From the human T2T-CHM13v2.0 reference genome, Homo sapiens: 64,000 bases of DNA. A program made the translations under genes and the position numbers. The notes beneath the pieces are model-generated. The model saw only the letters and a list, made by a program, of their open reading frames with translations. It was not told where the DNA came from and ran no database searches. Each line of letters starts with the position of its first letter. The first letter of the stretch is position 1. The stretch lies in NCBI GenBank assembly GCA_009914755.4, contig CP086569.2:31488001-31552000 (forward strand), in the 5' to 3' direction. Shown here piece after piece: positions 28,501-41,264 of this stretch.

Positions 28501-31500
28501 GAATGGATTCGAATGGAAGGCAAAGGAATGGAATCTATTGGAATGGACTGTAATGGAATGGAATGGAAGGGATTGGAATGGACTCGAATGGAATGGACTG
28601 CAATAGAAAGGATTCGAATGGAATGAAAAAGAATTGAATGGAATAGAACAGAATGGAATCAAATCGAATGAAATGGAATGGAATAGAAAGGAATGGAATG
28701 AAATGGAATGGAAAGGATTCGAATGGAATGCAATCGAATGGAATGGAATCGAACGGAATGGAATAAAATGGAAGAAAACTGGCAAGAAATGGAATCGAAA
28801 TGAATGGAGTGTTATGGAACGGACTCAAAAGGAATTGAATGTAATAGAATGGAGTGGAGTGGACTCGAATATAATGGACTGGAATGGAATGAAATCACAT
28901 GGAATGGGAACGAATGGAATGGAATGGAAAAGAATGGAATCGAATGGAAAGGAATCGAATGGAAGGGAATGAAATTGAATCAACAGGAATGGAAGGGAAT
29001 AGAATAGATGGTAATGGAATGGACTCGAATAGAATGGACACGAATGCTCAAATTGAATGGACTCGAATGGAATGGAAACGAAAGGAATGTCATCGAATGG
29101 AATTGAATCGATTGGAATGAAATCGCATAGAATGGAGTGGAATCAAATGGAATTGAATCGAAAGGAAAGGAAGCGAATGGACTGAAATGAAATGGAATGG
29201 AATTGAATGGAAAGTAATGCAATGGAATAGAATGGAACGAAATTTCACGGAATGGAATCAAACTGAATGGAATCAAATCAATGGAATCTAATCAAAGGAA
29301 TGGAAAGGAATTGAATGGAGTAGATTGGATTGGATGGGATTGGAATGAAATGTACTGGAAAGGACTCGAATTTCATGAAACGGAATGGAATGAATTGGAA
29401 CGGAATGGACTCGAATGGAATGGAATGTCATGGAATGGCATCAAATGGAATGGCATCAAATGGAATGGAATCGAATGCAATGGAATGCTATGGAATGGAA
29501 TGGAATGCATTGGAATGGAATGTCCTCTAATGGAATGGATTCGAGTGGAATGGAATCGAATATAATGGAGTCGAATGAAATGGAATTGAAAGGAATGGGA
29601 TCGAATTCAATGGAATATACTGCAATGTAATGTAATGAACTCGAATGTAATTGACTGGAATGGAATGTACATGAATGGAATGTAATCGAATGGAAAGTAA
29701 TCCAATGGAATAGAATCTAATGCAATAAAATCGACTCAGATAGAGTAGAATGTAATGGAATGGAGTGCAGTGCAATGGAATGGAATGGAATGGAATGCAA
29801 TGGAATGGAGTGGAATGCAATGGAATGGAATGGAATGGAATGGAATGGAATGGAATGGAATGGAATGGGATGGAATGCTATGGAATGGATAGTAATGGAC
29901 TGGAGTGAAATGGACTGGAAAGGAATGGACTCAAATTGAAAGGGCTCGAAAGGAATGCAGTCAAATGCAATGGTCTGGAATGGAATGAAGACGAATGTAT
30001 TGCAATCCAATAGAATGGAATCGAATGGCATGGAATATAAAGAAATGGAATCGAAGAGAATGGAAACAAATGGAATGGAATTGAATGGAATGGAATTGAA
30101 TAGAATGGGAACGAATGGAATGAAATTGTATGCAGTAGAAGAGAATAGAATGGAATGCAAGCGAAAGGAAAGGAATGGATTGGAATGGAATGGAATTCAT
30201 TGGAATGCAAGGGAATGTAGTGTAATGGACAGGCCTGGAATAAAGTGGAATGCTACGGTCTCGAATGGAATAAAAATGTATGGAATGGAATGCAATGAAA
30301 CGGAATCGAATGTCATAGAATGTAATGGAATGCAAAAAAATGGAATCCAAAATCATTGACTGGAAAGGCTGGGTGTCGAAAGGAATTGACTCCAATGGAA
30401 TGGAATCAAATGGAATGGAAGTGAATAGAATCGAACTAAATCGAATGGAATGGAATTGATAGGAACGGAATGGAAAGGAATGCAATGATTTGGCATGGAA
30501 TGGAATCGAATGGCATCGAATGGAATGGAATGGAATGCAATGGAATGGAATGTATTAGAATGGAATGAACTTTAATGGAATGTACTCGAATGGATTCGAC
30601 TGGAATGGAATGTTCTGGAAGTGAATGGACTCCAATGGAATGGATTCAAAAGGAATGGAATCGTACGGAATGGAATCTAATGGAATGGAATTAAATGGAA
30701 ATGAATCAAATTGAATAGCACGGAATTGAATTGAATGGAATGGAATGCAATGGAATCTAATGAAACGGAAAGGAAAGGAATGGAATGGAATGGAATGGGC
30801 TGGAATGGAAAGGAATCGAAACGAATGGAATGGAATCGAAGTGAAGAGACTGGAATGGAATGCACTGGAATGGAAGGGAGTGTAATGGAAGGTTCTCGAA
30901 AAAAATGGAATGGAATGGAATGGAATTGAATGGAACGGAATAGAGTCGAATGGAATTGAATGGAATGGAATGGACTAGAGTGAAATGGAATCGAACCACA
31001 AGGAATGGACAGGAATAGAATGGTCTCGAATTGAATGGAATCGTATGGAATGGCATCAAACGGAATGGAATGGACAGCCACGGAATGGAATGCACTCGAA
31101 TGCAATGGAGTCGAAACTAATGGACTGGAATAGAATGGACTCGACTGGTACGGACTCCAATGGAATGGAATCGAATGGAAGGGAATCGAACGGAATGGAC
31201 TCGAAGGGAAAAGACTGCAATGGAAAGGTCTCGAATGGAATGGAAATTAATGGAATGGAATGGAATCGAATGAAAAGGAGTCAAAAGGAATGGAATCGAA
31301 TGGCAAGAAATCGAATGTAATGGAATCGCAAGGAATTGATGTGAACGGAACGGAATGGAATGGAATCCAAAGGAATGGAATAGAATGGAATGGAATCGAA
31401 TGGAAAGGACTCGAATGGAAATCACTCGAATAGAATGCAATTTAATAAAATAGGATCAAATGTAATGGAATGGAATGGAAAGGAATCGAAACGAAAGGAA

Positions 31501-32078
31501 TGGAGACAGATGGAATGGAATGGAACAGAGAGCAATGGTATAGAATGGAATGGAATCATCTGGAATGGAATTGAATGGAATGGAATAATATGAAATGGAA
31601 TGGAATGGAATGCCCTTGAATTAAATGGACTGGAATGGAATGGACTCGAACAGAGTGGAATGGAAAGTGTTGAGATAGAATGGAATGGACTCCTTTGGAA
31701 TGGTGTAGTATGCAATGCAATCGACTGGCAGGGAATCAAAAGGAATGTAATGGAATGGATTGGACTGGAATGCAATGGACTCGAATAGATTGGAAACGGA
31801 ATGCAAAGGAATGGAATGGAATAGTATGGAATGGAATGGAAAGGAATGGAGTGGAATAGACTAGAGTGGAATGGAATGGACTGGAAAGCAATGGACTGGA
31901 TTGGAACTTTCTTGAATGGACTGGAATCAAACGGAATGGAATGCAATGCAATCAAATGGCATGGAATAAAATAGAATGAAAGAGAATCAAATGGAATTGA
32001 ATCGAATGGAATCGAATGGATTGGAAAGGAATAGAATGGAATGGAATGGAATTGACTCAAATGGAATGGACTAGAATG
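28501..32078 (+). repeat. HOR unit U8 (3578 bp)
   Basis: Anchor at 28501. Carries an extra ~20-bp duplication (tggaatggagtggaatgcaa) inside the first pentamer tract around 29790-29820. Confidence 0.85.
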
Positions 32079-34156
32079 GAATGGATTCGAATGGAAGGCA
32101 AAGGAATGGAATCTATTGGAATGGACTGTAATGGAATGGAATGGAAGGGATTGGAATGGACTCGAATGGAATGGACTGCAATAGAAAGGATTCGAATGGA
32201 ATGAAAAAGAATTGAATGGAATAGAACAGAATGGAATCAAATCGAATGAAATGGAATGGAATAGAAAGGAATGGAATGAAATGGAATGGAAAGGATTCGA
32301 ATGGAATGCAATCGAATGGAATGGAATCGAACGGAATGGAATAAAATGGAAGAAAACTGGCAAGAAATGGAATCGAAATGAATGGAGTGTTATGGAACGG
32401 ACTCAAAAGGAATTGAATGTAATAGAATGGAGTGGAGTGGACTCGAATATAATGGACTGGAATGGAATGAAATCACATGGAATGGGAACGAATGGAATGG
32501 AATGGAAAAGAATGGAATCGAATGGAAAGGAATCGAATGGAAGGGAATGAAATTGAATCAACAGGAATGGAAGGGAATAGAATAGATGGTAATGGAATGG
32601 ACTCGAATAGAATGGACACGAATGCTCAAATTGAATGGACTCGAATGGAATGGAAACGAAAGGAATGTCATCGAATGGAATTGAATCGATTGGAATGAAA
32701 TCGCATAGAATGGAGTGGAATCAAATGGAATTGAATCGAAAGGAAAGGAAGCGAATGGACTGAAATGAAATGGAATGGAATTGAATGGAAAGTAATGCAA
32801 TGGAATAGAATGGAACGAAATTTCACGGAATGGAATCAAACTGAATGGAATCAAATCAATGGAATCTAATCAAAGGAATGGAAAGGAATTGAATGGAGTA
32901 GATTGGATTGGATGGGATTGGAATGAAATGTACTGGAAAGGACTCGAATTTCATGAAACGGAATGGAATGAATTGGAACGGAATGGACTCGAATGGAATG
33001 GAATGTCATGGAATGGCATCAAATGGAATGGCATCAAATGGAATGGAATCGAATGCAATGGAATGCTATGGAATGGAATGGAATGCATTGGAATGGAATG
33101 TCCTCTAATGGAATGGATTCGAGTGGAATGGAATCGAATATAATGGAGTCGAATGAAATGGAATTGAAAGGAATGGGATCGAATTCAATGGAATATACTG
33201 CAATGTAATGTAATGAACTCGAATGTAATTGACTGGAATGGAATGTACATGAATGGAATGTAATCGAATGGAAAGTAATCCAATGGAATAGAATCTAATG
33301 CAATAAAATCGACTCAGATAGAGTAGAATGTAATGGAATGGAGTGCAGTGCAATGGAATGGAATGGAATGGAATGCAATGGAATGGAATGGAATGCAATG
33401 GAATGGAATGGAATGGAATGGAATGGAATGGAATGGAATGGGATGGAATGCTATGGAATGGATAGTAATGGACTGGAGTGAAATGGACTGGAAAGGAATG
33501 GACTCAAATTGAAAGGGCTCGAAAGGAATGCAGTCAAATGCAATGGTCTGGAATGGAATGAAGACGAATGTATTGCAATCCAATAGAATGGAATCGAATG
33601 GCATGGAATATAAAGAAATGGAATCGAAGAGAATGGAAACAAATGGAATGGAATTGAATGGAATGGAATAATATGAAATGGAATGGAATGGAATGGAATG
33701 GAATGCCCTTGAATTAAATGGACTGGAATGGAATGGACTCGAACAGAGTGGAATGGAAAGTGTTGAGATAGAATGGAATGGACTCCTTTGGAATGGTGTA
33801 GTATGCAATGCAATCGACTGGCAGGGAATCAAAAGGAATGTAATGGAATGGATTGGACTGGAATGCAATGGACTCGAATAGATTGGAAACGGAATGCAAA
33901 GGAATGGAATGGAATAGTATGGAATGGAATGGAAAGGAATGGAGTGGAATAGACTAGAGTGGAATGGAATGGACTGGAAAGCAATGGACTGGAATGGAAC
34001 TTTCTTGAATGGACTGGAATCAAACGGAATGGAATGCAATGCAATCAAATGGCATGGAATAAAATAGAATGAAAGAGAATCAAATGGAATTGAATCGAAT
34101 GGAATCGAATGGATTGGAAAGGAATAGAATGGAATGGAATGGAATGGACTAGAATG
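32079..34156 (+). repeat. HOR unit U9, truncated variant (2078 bp) with ~1490-bp internal deletion; B allele at 3' end
   Basis: Anchor at 32079 and next anchor at 34157. Sequence corresponding to U8 positions 30097-31586 is missing. The junction lies in a 26-bp shared motif at 33644-33669. Confidence 0.85.
33644..33669 (+). other. Deletion junction in U9 inside the 26-bp motif tggaatggaattgaatggaatggaat
   Basis: In full-length units the same 26-mer occurs twice, about 1490 bp apart (30071-30096 and 31561-31586 in U8). In U9 a single copy joins the two flanks. Confidence 0.8.
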
Positions 34157-37100
34157 GAATGGATTCGAATGGAAGGCAAAGGAATGGAATCTATTGGAAT
34201 GGACTGTAATGGAATGGAATGGAAGGGATTGGAATGGACTCGAATGGAATGGACTGCAATAGAAAGGATTCGAATGGAATGAAAAAGAATTGAATGGAAT
34301 AGAACAGAATGGAATCAAATCGAATGAAATGGAATGGAATAGAAAGGAATGGAATGAAATGGAATGGAAAGGATTCGAATGGAATGCAATCGAATGGAAT
34401 GGAATCGAACGGAATGGAATAAAATGGAAGAAAACTGGCAAGAAATGGAATCGAAATGAATGGAGTGTTATGGAACGGACTCAAAAGGAATTGAATGTAA
34501 TAGAATGGAGTGGAGTGGATTCGAATATAATGGACTGGAATGGAATGAAATCACATGGAATGGGAACGAATGGAATGGAATGGAAAGGAATGGAATCGAA
34601 TGGAAAGGAATCGAATGGAAGGGAATGAAATTGAATCAACAGGAATGGAAGGGAATAGAATAGACGGTAATGGAATGGACTCGAATAGAATGGACACGAA
34701 TGCTCAAATTGAATGGACTCGAGTGGAATGGAAACGAAAGGAATGTCATCGAATGGAATTGAATTGATTGGAATGAAATCGCATAGAATGGAGTGGAATC
34801 AAATGGAATTGAATCGAAAGGAAAGGAAGCGAATGGACTGAAATGAAATGGAATGGAATTGAATGGAAAGTAATGCAATGGAATAGAATGGAACGAAATT
34901 TCACGGAATGGAATCAAACTGAATGGAATCAAATCAATGGAATCAAATCAAATGGAATGGAAAGGAATTGAATGGAGTAGATTGGATTGGATGGGATTGG
35001 AATGAAATGTACTGGAAAGGACTCGAATTTCATGAAACGGAATGGAATGAATTGGAACGGAATGGACTCGAATGGAATGGAATGTCATGGAATGGCATCA
35101 AATGGAATGGCATCAAATGGAATGGAATCGAATGCAATGGAATGCTATGGAATGGAATGGAATGCATTGGAATGGAATGTCCTCTAATGGAATGGATTCG
35201 AGTGGAATGGAATCGAATATAATGGAGTCGAATGAAATGGAATTGAAAGGAATGGGATCGAATACAATGGAATATACTGGAATGTAATGTAATGAACTCG
35301 AATGTAATTGACTGGAATGGAATGTACATGAATGGAATGTAATCGAATGGAAAGTAATCCAATGGAATAGAATCTAATGCAATAAAATCGACTCAGATAG
35401 AGTAGAATGTAATGGAATGGAGTGCAGTGCAATGGAATGGAATGGAATGCAATGGAATGGAATGGAATGGAATGGAATGGAATGGAATGGGATGGGTTGG
35501 AATGGTATGGAATGGTTAGTAATGGACTGGAGTGAAATGGACTGGAAAGGAATGGACTCAAATTGAAAGGGCTCGAAAGGAATGGAGTCAAATGGAATGG
35601 TCTGGAATGGAATGAACACGAATGTAATGCAATCCAATAGAATGGAATCGAATGGCATGGAATATAAAGAAATGGAATCGAAGAGAATGGAAACAAATGG
35701 AATGGAATTGAATGGAATGGAATTGAATGGAATGGGAACGAATGGAGTGAAATTTTATGCAGTAGAAAGGAATAGAATGGAATGCAAGCGAAAGGAAAGG
35801 AATGGATTGGAATGGAATGGAATTCATTGGAATGGAAGGGAATGTAGTGTAATGGACAGGCCTGGAATAAAGTGGAATGCTACGGTCTCGAATGGAATAA
35901 AAATGTATGGAATGGAATGCAATGAAACGGAATCGAATGTCATAGAATGTAATGGAATGCAAAAAAATGGAATCCAAAATCATTGACTGGAAAGGCTGGG
36001 TGTCGAAAGGAATTGACTCCAATGGAATGGAATCGAATGGAATGGAAGTGAATAGAATCGAACTAAATCGAATGGAATGGAATTGATAGGAACGGAATGG
36101 AAAGGAATGCAATGATTTGGCATGGAATGGAATCGAATGGCATCGAATGGAATGGAATGGAATGCAATGGAATGGAATGTATTAGAATGTAATGAACTTT
36201 AATGGAATGTACTCGAATGGATTCGACTGGAATGGAATGTTCCGGAAGTGAATGGACTCCAATGGAATGGATTCAAAAGGAATGGAATCGTACGGAATGG
36301 AATCTAATGGAATGGAATTAAATGGAAATGAATCAAATTGAATAGCACGGAATTGAATTGAATGGAATCGAATGCAATGGAATCTAATGAAACGGAAAGG
36401 AAAGGAATGGAATGAAACGGAATGGGCTGGAATGGAAAGGAATCGAAACGAATGGAATGGAATCGAACTGAAGAGACTGGAATGGAATGCACTGGAATGG
36501 AAGGGAGTGTAATGGAAGGTTCTCGAAAAAAATGGAATCGAATGGAATGGAATTGAATGGAACGGAATAGAGTCGAATGGAATTGAATGGAATGGAATGG
36601 ACTAGAGTGAAATGGAATCGAACCACAAGGAATGGACAGGAATAGAATGGTCTCGAATTGAATGGAATCGTATGGAATGACATCAAACGGAATGGAATGG
36701 ACACCCACGGAATGGAATGCACTCGAATGCAATGGAGTCGAAACTAATGGACTGGAATAGAATGGACTCGACTGGTACGGACTCCAATGGCATGGAATCG
36801 AATGGAAGGGAATCGAACGGAATGGACTCGAAGGGAAAAGACTGCAATGGAAAGGTCTCGAATGGAATGGAAATTAATGGAATGGAATGGAATCGAATGA
36901 AATGGAGTCAAAAGGAATGGAATCGAATGGCAAGAAATCGAATGTAATGGAATCGCAAGGAATTGATGTGAACGGAACGGAATGGAATGGAATCCAAAGG
37001 AATGGAATAGAATGGAATGGAATCGAATGGAAAGGACTCGAATGGAAATCACTCGAATAGAATGCAATTTAATAAAATAGGATCAAATGTAATGGAATGG

Positions 37101-37705
37101 AATGGAAAGGAATCGAAACGAAAGGAATGGAGACAGATGGAATGGAATGGAACAGAGAGCAATGGTATAGAATGGAATGGAATCATGTGGAATGGAATTG
37201 AATGGAATGGAATAATATGAAATGGAATGGAATGGAATGCCCTTGAATTAAATGGACTGGAATGGAATGGACTCGAACAGAGTGGAATGGAAAGTGTTGA
37301 GATAGAATGGAATGGACTCCTTTGGAATGGTGTAGTATGCAATGCAATCGACTGGCAGGGAATCAAAAGGAATGTAATGGAATGGATTGGACTGGAATGC
37401 AATGGACTCGAATAGATTGGAAACGGAATGCAAAGGAATGGAATGGAATAGTATGGAATGGAATGGAAAGGAATGGAGTGGAATAGACTAGAGTGGAATG
37501 GAATGGACTGGAAAGCAATGGACTGGAATGGAACTTTCTTGAATGGACTGGAATCAAACGGAATGGAATGCAATGCAATCAAATGGCATGGAATAAAATA
37601 GAATGAAAGAGAATCAAATGGAATTGAATCGAATGGAATCGAATGGATTGGAAAGGAATAGAATGGAATGGAATGGAATTGACTCAAATGGAATGGACTA
37701 GAATG
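34157..37705 (+). repeat. HOR unit U10 (3549 bp)
   Basis: Anchor at 34157. Second pentamer tract has 3 copies. Carries the ccgg variant at ~36241. Confidence 0.85.
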
Positions 37706-40700
37706 GAATGGATTCGAATGGAAGGCAAAGGAATGGAATCTATTGGAATGGACTGTAATGGAATGGAATGGAAGGGATTGGAATGGACTCGAATGGAATG
37801 GACTGCAATAGAAAGGATTCGAATGGAATGAAAAAGAATTGAATGGAATAGAACAGAATGGAATCAAATCGAATGAAATGGAATGGAATAGAAAGGAATG
37901 GAATGAAATGGAATGGAAAGGATTCGAATGGAATGCAATCGAATGGAATGGAATCGAACGGAATGGAATAAAATGGAAGAAAACTGGCAAGAAATGGAAT
38001 CGAAATGAATGGAGTGTTATGGAACGGACTCAAAAGGAATTGAATGTAATAGAATGGAGTGGAGTGGACTCGAATATAATGGACTGGAATGGAATGAAAT
38101 CACATGGAATGGGAACGAATGGAATGGAATGGAAAAGAATGGAATCGAATGGAAAGGAATCGAATGGAAGGGAATGAAATTGAATCAACAGGAATGGAAG
38201 GGAATAGAATAGATGGTAATGGAATGGACTCGAATAGAATGGACACGAATGCTCAAATTGAATGGACTCGAATGGAATGGAAACGAAAGGAATGTCATCG
38301 AATGGAATTGAATCGATTGGAATGAAATCGCATAGAATGGAGTGGAATCAAATGGAATTGAATCGAAAGGAAAGGAAGCGAATGGACTGAAATGAAATGG
38401 AATGGAATTGAATGGAAAGTAATGCAATGGAATAGAATGGAACGAAATTTCATGGAATGGAATCAAACTGAATGGAATCAAATCAATGGAATCAAATTAA
38501 ATGGAATGGAAAGGAATTGAATGGAGTAGATTGGATTGGATGAGATTGGAATGAAATGAACTGGAAAGGACTCGAATTTCATGAAACGGAATGGAATGAA
38601 TTGGAATGGAATGGACTCGAATGGAATGGAATGTCATGGAATGGCATCAAATGGAATGGCATCAAATGGAATGGAATCGAATGCAATGGAATGCTACGGA
38701 ATGGAATGGAATGCATTGGAATGGAATGTCCTCTAATGGAATGGATTCGAGTGGAATGGAATCGAATATAATGGAGTCGAATGAAATGGAATTGAAAGGA
38801 ATGGGATCGAACACAATGGAATATACTGGAATGTAATGTAATGAACTCGAATGTAATTGACTGGAATGGAATGTACATGAATGGAATGTAATCGAATGGA
38901 AAGTAATCCAATGGAATAGAATCTAATGCAATAAAATCGACTCAGATAGAGTAGAATGTAATGGAATGGAGTGCAGTGCAATGGAATGGAATGGAGTGGA
39001 AGGCAATGGAATGGAATGGAATGGAATGGAATGGAATGGAATGGAATGGAATGGAATGGGATGGAATGGGATGGAATGGATAGTAATGGACTGGAGTGAA
39101 ATGGACTGGAAAGGAATGGACTCAAATTGAAAGGGCTCGAAAGGAATGGAGTCAAATGGAATGGTCTGGAATGGAATGAACACGAATGTAATGCAATCCA
39201 ATAGAATGGAATCGAATGGCATGGAATATAAAGAAATGGAATCGAAGAGAATGGAAACAAATGGAATGGAATTGAATGGAATGGAATTGAATGGAATGGG
39301 AACGAATGGAGTGAAATTGTATGCAGTAGAAGGGAATAGAATGGAATGCAAGCGAAAGGAAAGGAATGGATTGGAATGGAATGGAATTCATTGGAATGGA
39401 AGGGAATGTAGTGTAATGGACAGGCCTGGAATAAAGTGGAATGCTACGGTCTCGAATGGAATAAAAATGTATGGAATGGAATGCAATGAAACGGAATCGA
39501 ATGTCATAGAATGTAATGGAATGCAAAAAAATGGAATCCAAAATCATTGACTGGAAAGGCTGGGTGTCGAAAGGAATTGACTCCAATGGAATGGAATCGA
39601 ATGGAATGGAAGTGAATAGAATCGAACTAAATCGAATGGAATGGAATTGATAGGAACGGAATGGAAAGGAATGCAATGATTTGGCATGGAATGGAATCGA
39701 ATGGCATCGAATGGAATGGAATGGAATGCAATGGAATGGAATGTATTAGAATGTAATGAACTTTAATGGAATGTACTCGAATGGATTCGACTGGAATGGA
39801 ATGTTGTGGAAGTGAATGGACTCCAATGGAATGGATTCAAAAGGAATGGAATCGTACGGAATGGAATCTAATGGAATGGAATTAAATGGAAATGAATCAA
39901 ATTGAATAGCACGGAATTGAATTGAATGGAATGGAATGCAATGGAATCTAATGAAACGGAAAGGAAAGGAATGGAATGGAATGGAATGGGCTGGAATGGA
40001 AAGGAATCGAAACGAATGGAATGGAATCGAACTGAAGAGACTGGAATGGAATGCACTGGAATGGAAGGGAGTGTAATGGAAGGTTGTCGAAAAAAATGGA
40101 ATCGAATGGAATGGAATTGAATGGAACGGAATAGAGTCGAATGGAATTGAATGGAATGGAATGGACTAGAGTGAAATGGAATCGAACCACAAGGAATGGA
40201 CAGGAATAGAATGGTCTCGAATTGAATGGAATCGTATGGAATGGCATCAAACGGAATGGAATGGACAGCCACGGAATGGAATGCACTCGAATGCAATGGA
40301 GTCGAAACTAATGGACTGGAATAGAATGGACTCGACTGGTACGGACTCCAATGGAATGGAATCGAATGGAAGGGAATCGAACGGAATGGACTCGAAGGGA
40401 AAAGACTGCAATGGAAAGGTCTCGAATGGAATGGAAATTAATGGAATGGAATGGAATCGAATGAAAAGGAGTCAAAAGGAATGGAATCGAATGGCAAGAA
40501 ATCGAATGTAATGGAATCGCAAGGAATTGATGTGAACGGAACGGAATGGAATGGAATCCAAAGGAATGGAATAGAATGGAATGGAATCGAATGGAAAGGA
40601 CTCGAATGGAAATCACTCGAATAGAATGCAATTTAATAAAATAGGATCAAATGTAATGGAATGGAATGGAAAGGAATCGAAACGAAAGGAATGGAGACAG

Positions 40701-41264
40701 ATGGAATGGAATGGAACAGAGAGCAATGGTATAGAATGGAATGGAATCATCTGGAATGGAATTGAATGGAATGGAATAATATGAAATGGAATGGAATGGA
40801 ATGGAATGGAATGCCCTTGAATTAAATGGACTGGAATGGAATGGACTCGAACAGAGTGGAATGGAAAGTGTTGAGATAGAATGGAATGGACTCCTTTGGA
40901 ATGGTGTAGTATGCAATGCAATCGACTGGCAGGGAATCAAAAGGAATGTAATGGAATGGATTGGACTGGAATGCAATGGACTCGAATAGATTGGAAACGG
41001 AATGCAAAGGAATGGAATGGAATAGTATGGAATGGAATGGAAAGGAATGGAGTGGAATAGACTAGAGTGGAATGGAATGGACTGGAAAGCAATGGACTGG
41101 AATGGAACTTTCTTGAATGGACTGGAATCAAACGGAATAGAATGCAATGCAATCAAATGGCATGGAATAAAATAGAATGAAAGAGAATCAAATGGAATTG
41201 AATCGAATGGAATCGAATGGATTGGAAAGGAATAGAATGGAATGGAATGGAATGGACTAGAATG
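37706..41264 (+). repeat. HOR unit U11 (3559 bp), B allele at 3' end
   Basis: Anchor at 37706. 15-bp deletion near 41250. Confidence 0.85.

Noticed and set aside
17855-32078. Possible ~10.6-kb (three-unit) super-repeat, suggested by U5 and U8 sharing several variants
   Set aside because: U6 does not pair with U9, nor U7 with U10, and the variant sharing is mosaic rather than periodic. I treat it as exchange or conversion mosaicism, not a higher-level period.
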